Source of the DNA: an uncultured Ruficoccus sp.
Lineage (GTDB): Bacteria; Verrucomicrobiota; Verrucomicrobiia; Opitutales; Cerasicoccaceae
Direction: 5' to 3'
Assembly (NCBI GenBank): GCA_965140785.1
Contig: OZ223518.1
Span: forward strand, 64,001-128,000
Length of the DNA stretch: 64,000 nt
Shown one piece after another: positions 1 to 9,161 of this stretch. A program made the translations under genes and the position numbers. The first letter of the stretch is position 1; the number at the start of each line of letters is the position of its first letter. The notes below the pieces were generated by a model that ran no database searches, was not told where the DNA came from, and saw nothing but the letters and a program-made list of their open reading frames with translations.

Positions 1-235
1 GGGAGACGTGGTCGCCCTTCCACAGGATCGTGCCAATGGCCTCATGCCCGCCGACGAACGGATAGGCCGACAGCCCCCAGTCGTTGTCGAGCATGGACAG
101 GTCGCTGTGGCAGATACCGCAGTGCTCAACCGCGATCAACACATCGTCCGCGTCCAGCTCGTCCGCCTTGTACTCGAAGGGTTCGAGAGCGGCTTTGGCT
201 TTCGGGGCGGCGTAGGCTTTGATCGTTGTGCTCAT
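1..235 (-). CDS. Zn-dependent alcohol dehydrogenase (Ahr/YjgB-like), 5' part, runs off the window
   Basis: Manual translation [22 protein letters not shown]...CGICHSDL...[10 protein letters not shown] contains the Zn-ADH motifs CHSD and GHE. The ATG overlaps the TAA of the upstream gene. Not in the ORF track. Confidence 0.9.
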   Translation of the reverse strand, partial: MSTTIKAYAAPKAKAALEPFEYKADELDADDVLIAVEHCGICHSDLSMLDNDWGLSAYPFVGGHEAIGTILWKGDHVS

Positions 236-714
236 TAAGCGTTTGAAGGTTTGAGAGTTTGAGGGTTTGAGAGTTGATGGGCGGGGCTGAGGTCGAACGC
301 TTCGTCTGGTTCGCGGAGTTCAGCGGGCTTGAATTTCATGCCCTTGATCTCTGACTTCGCCAGGTAGTTGATGAAACCGCTCAGGAGGGTTTCGGCTTCG
401 GAGGCGAGTGCATAGGCCAAGTCGAATTGCTTTTGAGAGACATAAGACACGTCCAACATGACGTAGAGCTGGCTCTTGACTTCGGCCAGCGAGCCGCGGG
501 CAATGTACAGGAACTGCAAAAACTCCCGGTTCCCACTGCGCCCAAAGCCCTCGGCGATATTAGACATGACCGAAATACTGCTGCGCCGAATTTGATCGCA
601 CAGAGCAAAGTCCCGGACGACAGCTTCGGCGGACGTGAGACCATAGACCAAGCGCGAAAGCTCGCGAGCTTTCTGCCAGGCCTGAATCTCTTCAAATGTC
701 CGGATGCTTGCCAT
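235..714 (-). CDS. Four helix bundle protein (23S rRNA intervening-sequence protein / Avd-like family)
   Basis: Family motifs [30 protein letters not shown] and [16 protein letters not shown]. The C-terminal tail is encoded by the octamer repeats. Confidence 0.9.
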   Translation of the reverse strand: MASIRTFEEIQAWQKARELSRLVYGLTSAEAVVRDFALCDQIRRSSISVMSNIAEGFGRSGNREFLQFLYIARGSLAEVKSQLYVMLDVSYVSQKQFDLAYALASEAETLLSGFINYLAKSEIKGMKFKPAELREPDEAFDLSPAHQLSNPQTLKPSNA

Positions 715-755
715 CAACTGAACTTTCAAACTCTCAAACAATAAACTCTCAAACT
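241..755. repeat. Inverted octamer tandem arms (GTTTGAGA)n at 241-277 and (TCTCAAAC)n at ~723-755 flanking the four-helix-bundle gene
   Basis: gtttgaag gtttgaga gtttgagg gtttgaga versus ctttcaaac tctcaaac aataaac tctcaaac. Confidence 0.85.
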
Positions 756-769
756 CCCTCAGCCTCGGC

Positions 770-1528
770 TTAAGCCGACGCGGGGGCCAACTCTTCCTTG
801 ACCCAGTCGTAGCCCTTTTCCTCGAGTTCGAGGGCGAGGGTCTTGTCGCCGCTCTTGACGATGTGGCCGTTGTACATGACGTGGACGACGTCCGGCACGA
901 TGTAGTCGAGCAGGCGCTGGTAGTGGGTGATGACGAGGAAGCCGCGATCGGGGCCGCGCATCTGGTTGACGCCCTCAGCGACGATGCGCAGGGCGTCGAT
1001 GTCGAGGCCGGAGTCGGTCTCGTCCATGATGGCGTACTCGGGCTTGAGCATCATCATCTGGAGAATTTCGCAGCGCTTCTTTTCGCCGCCGGAGAAGCCG
1101 TCATTGACCGAGCGGGAGGTGAAGGAGCGGTCCATCTTGAGCTGGTCCATGGCGGCGTAGAGCTCCTTGTAGTACTTCGTGGCGACGATGTTCTCGCCCT
1201 CGGGCAGACGGGCCTGAACGGCGGCGCGGATGAAGTTGGCGATGGTCACACCGGGGATCTCTGCCGGGTACTGAAAAGCGAGGAAGAGGCCGGCGCGGGC
1301 GATTTCGTCCGGCTCCATACCGACAATATTCGTCCCGTCGAGGAGGGCTTCGCCACCGATGATGTCGTAGTCCTCGTGGCCGGCGAGGGCCTTGGCCAGG
1401 GTGCTTTTACCGGTCCCGTTGGGGCCCATGATGGCATGGACCTCGCCCTTGGGAACGGAGAGGTTGAATTCCTTAAGGATCGGCTTGTCGCCGATACTGA
1501 CGGTCAGGTTACGGATATCCAGTGACAT
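770..1528 (-). CDS. sufC: Fe-S cluster assembly ATPase SufC
   Basis: GPNGTGKST Walker [33 protein letters not shown]. Confidence 0.95.
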   Translation of the reverse strand: MSLDIRNLTVSIGDKPILKEFNLSVPKGEVHAIMGPNGTGKSTLAKALAGHEDYDIIGGEALLDGTNIVGMEPDEIARAGLFLAFQYPAEIPGVTIANFIRAAVQARLPEGENIVATKYYKELYAAMDQLKMDRSFTSRSVNDGFSGGEKKRCEILQMMMLKPEYAIMDETDSGLDIDALRIVAEGVNQMRGPDRGFLVITHYQRLLDYIVPDVVHVMYNGHIVKSGDKTLALELEEKGYDWVKEELAPASA

Positions 1529-1605
1529 GATGTGTAAATGGCTGATTGTTAATTGTTAAATGGCTAATTGATAAAGGGCTACTGGTTGGTCTGGGGGCCT
1601 CCGGC

Positions 1606-2052
1606 TCAGGAAGTGTGGTCGGGGCTAAGGCCCTTGGGCGCATAGCCGCTGAAACTGAGTTTAAATTTCTTCGCCTCGAAACCGGATGGGAGGACGTTCG
1701 TGATCTCACGCATGAAGTTTTCGGGCAAATCGATATCGAACACCCGTCCGGTGGCCTCGTCCAGAAAATGTGCGTGCTCGCCGTCGTTAGGGCAGAAGCG
1801 GCTGGGTTCGCGCTCGTAGTTGAGCTTTTTCACCAAGTCGCACTCGACGAGGGTCTCCAGGCAGTTATAGACGGTGGCGAGCGAAATGGAAGGCATGGCC
1901 TGCTTGGCTCGGGCGTACACCTCGTCGGCCGTCGGGTGGTCGCGCTGGGTGAGAAGGACCAGATAGACGTGCTCGCGCTGGCGGGTGGCGCGCAGGCCGT
2001 TTTGCAGCAGGGCGTCCTCCAGTTCGTGTTTGGCGTTGGTGGCTAATTTCAT
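1606..2052 (-). CDS. Fur-family transcriptional regulator (PerR/Irr-like, no CxxC)
   Basis: GLRATRQR, HPTADEVY, SLATVYNCL, HAHF. Confidence 0.9.
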   Translation of the reverse strand: MKLATNAKHELEDALLQNGLRATRQREHVYLVLLTQRDHPTADEVYARAKQAMPSISLATVYNCLETLVECDLVKKLNYEREPSRFCPNDGEHAHFLDEATGRVFDIDLPENFMREITNVLPSGFEAKKFKLSFSGYAPKGLSPDHTS

Positions 2053-2076
2053 GGATGAAAACAGGGCTTAACTAAA

Positions 2077-2178
2077 TTGGAATGATTCCAGAAATCAACC
2101 GAAATTGAGAATTATTTTCATTACAATTAGCAATATTTCTCATGGGGATTGCGTAAACAAATAATGATTATCGTTACA
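2077..2178. promoter_or_regulatory. Cluster of Fur-family operator-like palindromes upstream of fur-sufC
   Basis: TGGAATGATTCCA (2078-2090), TGAGAATTATTTTCA (2106-2120, 7-1-7 with one mismatch), AATAATGATTATCGTT (~2160-2175). Confidence 0.65.
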
Positions 2179-2237
2179 AATAGCAGGCGAACTGCCAAGT
2201 GGAGGGGGAAGGGGTGGATTTTGGGTGAAAACGACAG

Positions 2238-2267
2238 AAAAAAGCCCGGGGTGGTGGCCCGGGCTTT
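2238..2267 (-). terminator. Rho-independent terminator
   Basis: Minus strand reads AAAGCCCGGG-ccaccac-CCCGGGCTTT followed by a T tract. Confidence 0.75.
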
Positions 2268-2306
2268 GCAGTGCTGGTTGTCGAAGCGGTGTTTATGCGA
2301 GCACGA

Positions 2307-2393
2307 CTACTGCGGTATCTTGTTCTCGCAGCAGGAGAACAGGAAGGTTGCTGCCACACACACCGCTACGGTTATGAGTGCTACGCTAAACAT
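2307..2393 (-). CDS. Putative 28-aa hydrophobic small protein MFSVALITVAVCVAATFLFSCCENKIPQ
   Basis: Manual translation ATG..TAG with one hydrophobic stretch, followed by the terminator at 2238-2267. Confidence 0.45.
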   Translation of the reverse strand: MFSVALITVAVCVAATFLFSCCENKIPQ

Positions 2394-2566
2394 GATAATA
2401 ATATAGACGTGGCTCGTGGGAATTCCTGACGATATAGTCAAAAAAAGGTGTTTTTCGTCCGCAACGGGGGGTGAGCACCGGCTCCAGACGGGGACCCGAG
2501 AGCGCGACGGGGTGAAAAAATGCCGTTGCCATCGACGGGCGCATTTTTCAAACAGGCCCTGAACAT

Positions 2567-2932
2567 ATGGAAACTTTTGAAAATCCCCACCCGGGCCGTG
2601 ACTACCTGATCCAGCACATCGCCGAGGAATTCACCTCCGTGTGCCCGAAAACGGGCCACCCGGACTTCGGCACCGTGGTGTTGACCTACATCCCGGCCCA
2701 GCTCTGCGTCGAACTCAAGGCCTACAAGCTCTACCTGCACGACTTCCGCAACAAGGGGATCTTCTTCGAGGCCGTGACGAACAAGATCATGGACGACTTG
2801 TGCGAGGTGCTCCAGCCCCGCTGGCTGCGTATCGAAACGATCTGGAAGGGCCGCGGGGGCATCCGCTCCGTCGTCCGTATCGAGCAGGCCGCCGACGACT
2901 TCGACGGGCCGACGCCGCCGTACTTCGGCTAG
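2567..2932 (+). CDS. queF: NADPH-dependent 7-cyano-7-deazaguanine reductase QueF
   Basis: EFTSVCPKTGHPDF, VELKAYKLY, RGGI. Confidence 0.93.
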   Translation: METFENPHPGRDYLIQHIAEEFTSVCPKTGHPDFGTVVLTYIPAQLCVELKAYKLYLHDFRNKGIFFEAVTNKIMDDLCEVLQPRWLRIETIWKGRGGIRSVVRIEQAADDFDGPTPPYFG

Positions 2933-3007
2933 TTTACTCAGCGAGGTGCTGAGGAGAAATGCTACGGGTCTCGCTCAGGCGCAAAAGGCGGCATCACCTC
3001 CCGGGGC

Positions 3008-3637
3008 TCAGACCGGCATCGTAATGTAGTGGAGAAACTCGTTGCGGTGCAGCAGCTCGATGCAGTCGCTCAGCACAATCGCGAGCAGAAACCAGACGAC
3101 CTCACGCAGGCCGCGCTCGATGATTCTCGGGTTCACGGTGATCTCCTCCGTGCGTTCGAGATGCAGGCCGCGCGGCCAGAAGCGCGGGATGTGCGCCACG
3201 TAGGCATCGAAGCTTGGACCAAAGAGGTCCCGGAGCCGGCTTTCCTCGCTCTGGATGACGCCCCGGTAATAGGATAGAAACAGGACCGCTGCGATCGAGG
3301 CGAGGATCAGGTTTTGCGCGGCGAGGAAGAAGCCGACGACCCCGATAAAGGAAAACAGGTACAGGGGATTGCGGCAAAGAGAATACGGGCCGGTCTGGCA
3401 CAGTTCCTTGTTCTTGCGCCCGGCGATGTACACCAGGCACCAGATGCGCCCCATGGCCGCAAACACGAGCAGGGTCATGCCGAGAAATTCCATCCCCTCA
3501 TAGGGCATGGAGCGGAAGCCGGATGGCACGCTGATCAGGACGCCTGCAAACAGCGCGCAGGCCATGATGAGGGAGACGGGCTTGCGGAGCCGCTCGAAGT
3601 TTTCCAGATACCGTGCCAGGTTTCCAAAGATACTCAT
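3008..3637 (-). CDS. ICMT/PEMT-family membrane methyltransferase
   Basis: Hydrophobic helices plus GPYSLCRNPLY and EE..L..LFG..FDAY...PRFWP. Confidence 0.8.
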   Translation of the reverse strand: MSIFGNLARYLENFERLRKPVSLIMACALFAGVLISVPSGFRSMPYEGMEFLGMTLLVFAAMGRIWCLVYIAGRKNKELCQTGPYSLCRNPLYLFSFIGVVGFFLAAQNLILASIAAVLFLSYYRGVIQSEESRLRDLFGPSFDAYVAHIPRFWPRGLHLERTEEITVNPRIIERGLREVVWFLLAIVLSDCIELLHRNEFLHYITMPV

Positions 3638-3780
3638 TGGAGCTTATGACGCTTCCGGGCTTGTCCGCGTTCAAAAAATAATTTGCACCAGCGCCGCTCG
3701 CTGCCCCTGATGGTGCCCAATCTGATTGCCGTGGCCCCGTGCTGGAAGAGGTCCCTTCCAGCTTTTTTTACAGCTGCGGG

Positions 3781-3990
3781 CTATTGCCCGTTGATGGACT
3801 CTTCCATCTGCTCCTCTTCGTAGCTGTTGATCTGGCCATCTGCCGCGAAGTTGTCCACCGACTGCGACTGCGTGGCATTCAGGCTCTTGATGGAGGTGGC
3901 GTTGGCGTCTTCCTCCACGTTTTTTTCGTACTGGGCGCAGCCTGCGAGCAGAGAGAGGGGCAGGAGAATAAGGAGAGCTTTATGCAGCAT
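3781..3990 (-). CDS. Small lipoprotein
   Basis: Signal peptide with lipobox LLAGC and an acidic tail. Confidence 0.65.
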   Translation of the reverse strand: MLHKALLILLPLSLLAGCAQYEKNVEEDANATSIKSLNATQSQSVDNFAADGQINSYEEEQMEESINGQ

Positions 3991-4062
3991 GGTGGGAATC
4001 TGGTGGGTGGCGGGCTGTCTTACAAACCTAAAGCGTTGGGAGCTTGTGCTATCAGATATTGG

Positions 4063-4359
4063 TCAGGCCCGGTATCGGATGAGAAAATAGATACCGCTCA
4101 TAATTCCAATCGCTATCAACGTCCATCCGATGTACTCATCGGGAAGCACAACCGTGTAGTAGATGCCAAAGCCAAAGCACATTATAATCTGAAAAATAAG
4201 CCCCTGCTTCTTGATGGATTGAGGGTCTTTTGCGGCCCTGATCCGGAATTTTTCCAAGCTGGATCTGAAAAATATGATCGGGATGAGGCCAAGCATCAAA
4301 AAAACAAACAACGTCAGCGTCGGATGCCTACTTAATAGCTCCATGCCTTGCTCATACAA
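4063..4359 (-). CDS. Hypothetical AT-rich small membrane protein
   Basis: About three hydrophobic segments; visibly lower GC than the flanks. Confidence 0.55.
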   Translation of the reverse strand: MYEQGMELLSRHPTLTLFVFLMLGLIPIIFFRSSLEKFRIRAAKDPQSIKKQGLIFQIIMCFGFGIYYTVVLPDEYIGWTLIAIGIMSGIYFLIRYRA

Positions 4360-4455
4360 CGTTTGTCTCTACGCATACAACCGTAAAGGGTATTCTGGGT
4401 AGGCTGCGGCTGCGCGTCGGCAATTCTAGATTGACTGAAATGCGTGCTCCTCGAC

Positions 4456-4887
4456 TTAAGCCGGGGCATACGTAGCCGAGTTCTTGGAGTCTTCGTCCAC
4501 CGTCACGGCGGTGACCCAGGCGCGGCCCTGGGAGTCGGCGCGTACGAGCTGGTCGAAAATCCCATGCAGGTGCATGGCGAGGCCCTCGCAGGAGCAGCTC
4601 TCGACCAGATAGACCTTGAAGGCCGCCGGGCAGGCGGCCACGAGGCGTTCGCGCAGGGGGTCGTCGTGATTGAGGACGCAGGCGTGGTCGAGGTTTTTGT
4701 CGATCCACTTGCGCAGGTACTTGAGCTTGCCGAAATCGACCACAAAGCCGTTGGCGTCGGGCTCGCGGCAAGCGAAGGTGACGTGGAGCGTCCAGTTGTG
4801 GCCGTGCAGCAGCGCGCAGTGGCCGTCGTGGCAGTGCTGGCGGTGGGCGAAGGGAATATCGGAGTAGGTCTTGCGGCAGGTCAGCAT
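4456..4887 (-). CDS. queD: 6-carboxytetrahydropterin synthase QueD
   Basis: AHR...[25 protein letters not shown]; overlaps queC. Confidence 0.88.
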   Translation of the reverse strand: MLTCRKTYSDIPFAHRQHCHDGHCALLHGHNWTLHVTFACREPDANGFVVDFGKLKYLRKWIDKNLDHACVLNHDDPLRERLVAACPAAFKVYLVESCSCEGLAMHLHGIFDQLVRADSQGRAWVTAVTVDEDSKNSATYAPA

Positions 4888-5591
4888 GACGGGAGCCTCC
4901 AGTCGTTGGCGATCAGCTCGGAAAGGGCGGGGGCGTGGTCGGCGTAGGGCGTGGGGTCCTCGACCCCGGCCAGGTGAAAAGCCTCGCGGCGCTCGATGCA
5001 GGTGCCGCAGCGGCCGCAGTGTTTTTCCCCGCCCTGATAGCAGGACCAGGTGTCGGCAAAGGGCACGTCCAGCTCGGCGCCGCGGGCGACGATGTCGGCC
5101 TTGGTCAGCTGGACATAGGGGCGGTGGACGAAGACCTCGTGCCAGTCGGCCATGCGGATGACCTTGTCGAGCGCGTCGGTGAACTCCTCGCGGCAGTCCG
5201 GATAAATCGTATGGTCCCCGGCGTGGGCGGCGTAGGCGACGCAGTCGGCCTTGGTCGAGATGGCCCAGCCGGCGGCCAGGGAGAGCAGGATCATGTTGCG
5301 GTTGGGTACGACGGTCTGCTTCATCGAGTCCTCGGCGTAGTGGCCTTCGGGCACGGCGATGGACGGGTCGGTCAGGCTGCTGCCACCGAGCAGACCGGTT
5401 ACCGAACTGAGGTCGGCCACGCGGTGCTCGATACCCAGGCGCTTACAGATGGCAGCGGCGCAGGTGATCTCCTTGTCGTGGCGCTGGCCGTAGTTGACGC
5501 TGAGGGCGGCCGCTTCGTGGCCGTTTTTCAACAGATCGTATAAGAGGACGGTCGAGTCCAGACCGCCGGAATAAACAACTATCGCTTTCAT
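4881..5591 (-). CDS. queC: 7-cyano-7-deazaguanine synthase QueC
   Basis: SGGLDS, YGQRH, VPNRN, YPDCR, WSCY...HCGRCGTC. Confidence 0.95.
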   Translation of the reverse strand: MKAIVVYSGGLDSTVLLYDLLKNGHEAAALSVNYGQRHDKEITCAAAICKRLGIEHRVADLSSVTGLLGGSSLTDPSIAVPEGHYAEDSMKQTVVPNRNMILLSLAAGWAISTKADCVAYAAHAGDHTIYPDCREEFTDALDKVIRMADWHEVFVHRPYVQLTKADIVARGAELDVPFADTWSCYQGGEKHCGRCGTCIERREAFHLAGVEDPTPYADHAPALSELIANDWRLPSC

Positions 5592-5779
5592 GATGAAATT
5601 CAGTGTGCGGGCGGCGTCATTGCCGTTTCGCCCCTGGGAATTTCTTAGCAGGGTAGGCGCAGCCTATGGCTGGTCCGGCGTGTTAATCAATACCAATCGG
5701 CCGATACCGATGATCGATCCGTCCGAAAAGGCGATGCCGATCCGGGAGTGTGTCCTTGCGGTGGGGGGGCAGGGGCCGG

Positions 5780-6091
5780 TTATTCGGCGAGCGCACCGAT
5801 CAACATTAATGCGCCCAGACAGAGGATTCCTCCGGTGGAGAAAACAATCCCGAGGATGGCGAAGACTTTCTTGCGCCCGGCGATGCAGACCCCGGCAATG
5901 CCCAGGCCGAGCCCGACCAGCATCAGAAACACGGACGCGAAAAGGAACAGCCCGACGATAACGAACTGAATGGAATCATCCCTGTAGTTGGCGCTGGCCA
6001 GGACGACCGATGCCGCCACCATCGCGACGGCCAGCAGGCCGCCGAGTACGGTGATGATGAAGGAAGCGATGCCGAGTCCGGAATGTTTCAT
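5780..6091 (-). CDS. Small integral membrane protein
   Basis: Three hydrophobic helices, starts KHSGLGIASF. Confidence 0.7.
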   Translation of the reverse strand: MKHSGLGIASFIITVLGGLLAVAMVAASVVLASANYRDDSIQFVIVGLFLFASVFLMLVGLGLGIAGVCIAGRKKVFAILGIVFSTGGILCLGALMLIGALAE

Positions 6092-6141
6092 GGGGTTGGC
6101 GGATACTCTATGTTAAGCCCAATGGGGCGAGCGGAGTCGAT

Positions 6142-6169
6142 AAAAAAGCCCGCCGGAACTCGGCGGGCT
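6142..6169 (-). terminator. Terminator downstream of trxB
   Basis: aaaaaagcccgccg gaact cggcgggct. Confidence 0.7.
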
Positions 6170-6197
6170 CGGAATAAGGGAAGAAGTGAGAGTCTGG

Positions 6198-7142
6198 CTA
6201 GACGCCGACGCCGTGAGTGTCGGCCAGGTAGCGCTCCGCCGAGATGGCGGCGCGGCAACCCATGCCGGCGGCGGTGATGGCCTGGCGGTAAACGTGGTCC
6301 GAGCAGTCCCCGGCCACATAGACGCCCTCGACCTCCGTGTGCACGCCGCTGGCGTGGTTGGAGATGATGTAGCCGTCTTCGTCGGTCTGGATTTCGCCGC
6401 CCAGGAAATGCGTGTTGGGAATGTGGCCGATGGCGATGAAGAAGCCCTTGGCCTCGATTTCGGAGACCTCACCGGTTTCGACATTCTTGACGCGCGTGGC
6501 GCGCATGTTGCCGGTTTCGTCGGCCAGGACTTCCTCGGGCACGGTGTTCCAGCGCACCTCGATCTTGTCGTGGTTGATGGCGCGGTCGGCCATGATCTTG
6601 GAAGCGCGGAACTCGTCACGGCGGTGCAGGATGGTGACCTTGCTGGCGAAGCGGGTGAGGAAGAGCGCCTCCTCGCAGGCGGAGTCGCCGCCGCCGACCA
6701 CGATCACCTCCATGCCACGGTAAAAGGCGCCGTCGCAGGTGGCGCAGGTGGTCACGCCCTTGCCGCCGTACATCTCCTGCTCACCGGGGATGCCCAGCAG
6801 GCGCGGGCGGGCGCCGGTGGCGATGATGAGCGTGCGGGTTTCGTAGGTCTTGCCGCCGGCGGCCTTGAGCACCTTGACCTCGCCCTTGAGATCGACCGAT
6901 TCGATAATGTCGTTGGTGTACCTGGTGCCGAAGCGGGCGGCCTGTTTGCGGATGTTATCGGTCAGGGTGTAGCCGTCGATTCCCTCCGGAAAGCCGGGGA
7001 AGTTCTCCACCTCGGAGGTGGTGGTCAATTGGCCGCCGGGCTGGGTGCCCTCGATCACGAGCGGCTCGAGGTTGGCGCGGGCGGCGTAAATGGCGGCGGT
7101 CAGGCCGGCGCAGCCGGTCCCGATGATGATGACATTTTCCAT
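6198..7142 (-). CDS. trxB: Thioredoxin reductase
   Basis: [28 protein letters not shown]; start placed at MENVIIIG. Confidence 0.95.
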   Translation of the reverse strand: MENVIIIGTGCAGLTAAIYAARANLEPLVIEGTQPGGQLTTTSEVENFPGFPEGIDGYTLTDNIRKQAARFGTRYTNDIIESVDLKGEVKVLKAAGGKTYETRTLIIATGARPRLLGIPGEQEMYGGKGVTTCATCDGAFYRGMEVIVVGGGDSACEEALFLTRFASKVTILHRRDEFRASKIMADRAINHDKIEVRWNTVPEEVLADETGNMRATRVKNVETGEVSEIEAKGFFIAIGHIPNTHFLGGEIQTDEDGYIISNHASGVHTEVEGVYVAGDCSDHVYRQAITAAGMGCRAAISAERYLADTHGVGV

Positions 7143-7238
7143 GGTGCTGAATAAAGGGCGTTGGGGAAGGGTGTGGGAAGTAAAAACGACAACCCCCCGC
7201 GGAGCATAAGCTCCGCGCATGGGGGAGCCGAAAAACGG

Positions 7239-7865
7239 TTATTTGCTCAGGTACTCGGCCACGCCTTCATGGGTGGCGTTCATGGCTTCCTTGCCCTTTT
7301 CCCAGTTCATCGGGCAAACCTCGCCGACCTCCTCGAAGTGCTGGAGCGCGTCCACCATGCGGATGGCCTCGGCGATGCTGCGGCCCAGGGGCAGGTCGTT
7401 GACGATCTGGTGGCGCACGACGCCTTCCTTGTCGATGAGGAAGAGGCCGCGGTAGGCGACCAGTTCGCCGCTGGCCACGAGGTTGCCCTCTACGTCGATG
7501 TCGTAATCGCCGGTGAGCACGTCATAGGCCGAGGCGATGGTCTTGTTGGTGTCGGCCACGATCGGGTACTCGACGCCCTCGATCCCGCCCTGCTTGCGCG
7601 GGGTGTTGACCCAGGCCCAGTGGCACTGCTCGGTGTCGGTCGAGCAGCCGATGACCTGCACGTTACGCTCCTCGAACTGGCCGAGGGCGTCCTGGAAGGC
7701 GATCAGCTCGGTCGGGCACACGAAGGTGAAGTCCTTCGGGTAGAAGAACAGGATCACGTACTTGTCTCCCAAGTACTGATCGAGCGTGAAGTTTTCCACG
7801 ATCTGGCCCTTGGCACAGGCGGCGGCGTTAAAGTTCGGAGCTTTTTTTCCTACTAGAACTGACAT
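7239..7865 (-). CDS. ahpC: 2-Cys peroxiredoxin AhpC
   Basis: FYPKDFTFVCPTE and GEVCP; start MSVLVGKK. Confidence 0.93.
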   Translation of the reverse strand: MSVLVGKKAPNFNAAACAKGQIVENFTLDQYLGDKYVILFFYPKDFTFVCPTELIAFQDALGQFEERNVQVIGCSTDTEQCHWAWVNTPRKQGGIEGVEYPIVADTNKTIASAYDVLTGDYDIDVEGNLVASGELVAYRGLFLIDKEGVVRHQIVNDLPLGRSIAEAIRMVDALQHFEEVGEVCPMNWEKGKEAMNATHEGVAEYLSK

Positions 7866-8068
7866 GATAGTATAGGTTTGGTAATTTACCGGCAAGCCGG
7901 GGGCTTGCGAGGCTTTCATGGAAAGCTCCTTGCAGCAGGAGTCAAGCCGGAGACCGGAGAATGGCTATTCTAATCGGTTATGTTGACGATAGGTGTAGCC
8001 TATATTAGGTGGCGGAATGGATTTGTGGTGCCTGTCCTGCAAGGAGGCTGCTGCTCTTGGCGACCCCC

Positions 8069-8103
8069 AAAAGAACAGGCCTCCCGGTGAGGGGAGGCCT
8101 GCC
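8069..8103 (-). terminator. Terminator of the PEP-CTERM gene
   Basis: caggcctccc..gggaggcctg hairpin with adjacent A tract on the + strand. Confidence 0.6.
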
Positions 8104-8147
8104 TGAGTCACCGCGAGAGGGCGGGAACTGTATGGTTATCGCGACTT

Positions 8148-9050
8148 TTAGCCACCGAGGGAGGCACGCCGTCGACGCAGCAACAGGGTGAGGGTGAGTA
8201 CACCGGCTCCGGCCATGAGTGCCCAGGTCGCGGGCTCGGGCACGGGGATCATGGACGTGGTGCCATAGTCGAAGCTGCTCTGGTCGAGCTGAAGGGCGTA
8301 GAGCTGGGCGTGTTCGACGCCGGAGAAGGCGATGGAGAAGCTGGTAATGTCCTCGTAATCGCTCACGTCCCACTGGAAGCCGTACAGGTTGATGTAAATA
8401 TCTTCATCCTGAAGCTCACCTTCTGGACCGGTGGGCATCTCCACACTCCCGTTGTAGGCTGCCAGAATCAGGTCGCTGATGTCGGCCTCGATCGTGGTCG
8501 AGAGGGAATCGCCATAGTTGAGGGTCAGCTGCGGTCCGGCTCCGTTGTAGAAGTCGTAGGTGAAGGTCTCACCGATCTGGACCTGGAAAACGATCGTGCC
8601 CAGATCGAGCACCGGGTTGTCCTCGAACACTGTCAGCGTGCCGCCGAAGGTATTCGGGACATCCCCCATGCCGCCGAAATAGATCGAGTCCCCGGAAGGG
8701 AAGGGGGCGAAGGTCATCCCGCCCGCGCCGTTGGCGGTCTTGTTCAGGGTGGCCGCGTTCGAAGGATTAGAATTCAACTGCGAATCGATCGGGCTGGGCC
8801 AGGGGTTGTTGGCCTGGAAGAACGTCGGGTACCCGGTGTTGCCCGGGATCGTCTCGCTCTCCCCGTGGATGACCTTGGTCTTTTCCGCGGAGCTGAGGTT
8901 GTACCAGCCGTCGTATTTGGTGGTACCTCCCATTTCGACGGCGACAGGCAGCGCGTCGGTGATGCCCGTGTAAGTTTGTGCGTAGCCCGTCACCCCCGCC
9001 AGAAGCGGGAGCGAGCAGACGGCAGACAGTATACGTGTGTGTTTTTTCAT
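8148..9050 (-). CDS. PEP-CTERM sorting domain protein
   Basis: Signal peptide MKKHTRILSAVCSLPLLAG and C-terminal VPEPATWALMAGAGVLTLTLLLRRRR. Confidence 0.9.
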   Translation of the reverse strand: MKKHTRILSAVCSLPLLAGVTGYAQTYTGITDALPVAVEMGGTTKYDGWYNLSSAEKTKVIHGESETIPGNTGYPTFFQANNPWPSPIDSQLNSNPSNAATLNKTANGAGGMTFAPFPSGDSIYFGGMGDVPNTFGGTLTVFEDNPVLDLGTIVFQVQIGETFTYDFYNGAGPQLTLNYGDSLSTTIEADISDLILAAYNGSVEMPTGPEGELQDEDIYINLYGFQWDVSDYEDITSFSIAFSGVEHAQLYALQLDQSSFDYGTTSMIPVPEPATWALMAGAGVLTLTLLLRRRRASLGG

Positions 9051-9063
9051 GGTTAGATGTAAA

Positions 9064-9106
9064 TGAGATTGACTCTCAATGCAGAATGCAATGAGACTGA
9101 GTGTCA
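9064..9106. promoter_or_regulatory. Two tandem Fur-box-like 7-1-7 palindromes
   Basis: TGAGATTGACTCTCA (9064-9078) and TGAGACTGAGTGTCA (9092-9106), one mismatch each. Confidence 0.65.
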
Positions 9107-9161
9107 ATATCAATTCTTTTAAAAATATAACCACGGAAAAAAGCTAATATCAGGAAACGCT

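Noticed and set aside
235..714. Diversity-generating retroelement (Avd-like gene)
   Set aside because: No reverse transcriptase or TR/VR repeat pair seen in the window.
4355..4440. Integron attC site next to the AT-rich ORF
   Set aside because: No convincing RYYYAAC/GTTRRRY pair or integrase found.
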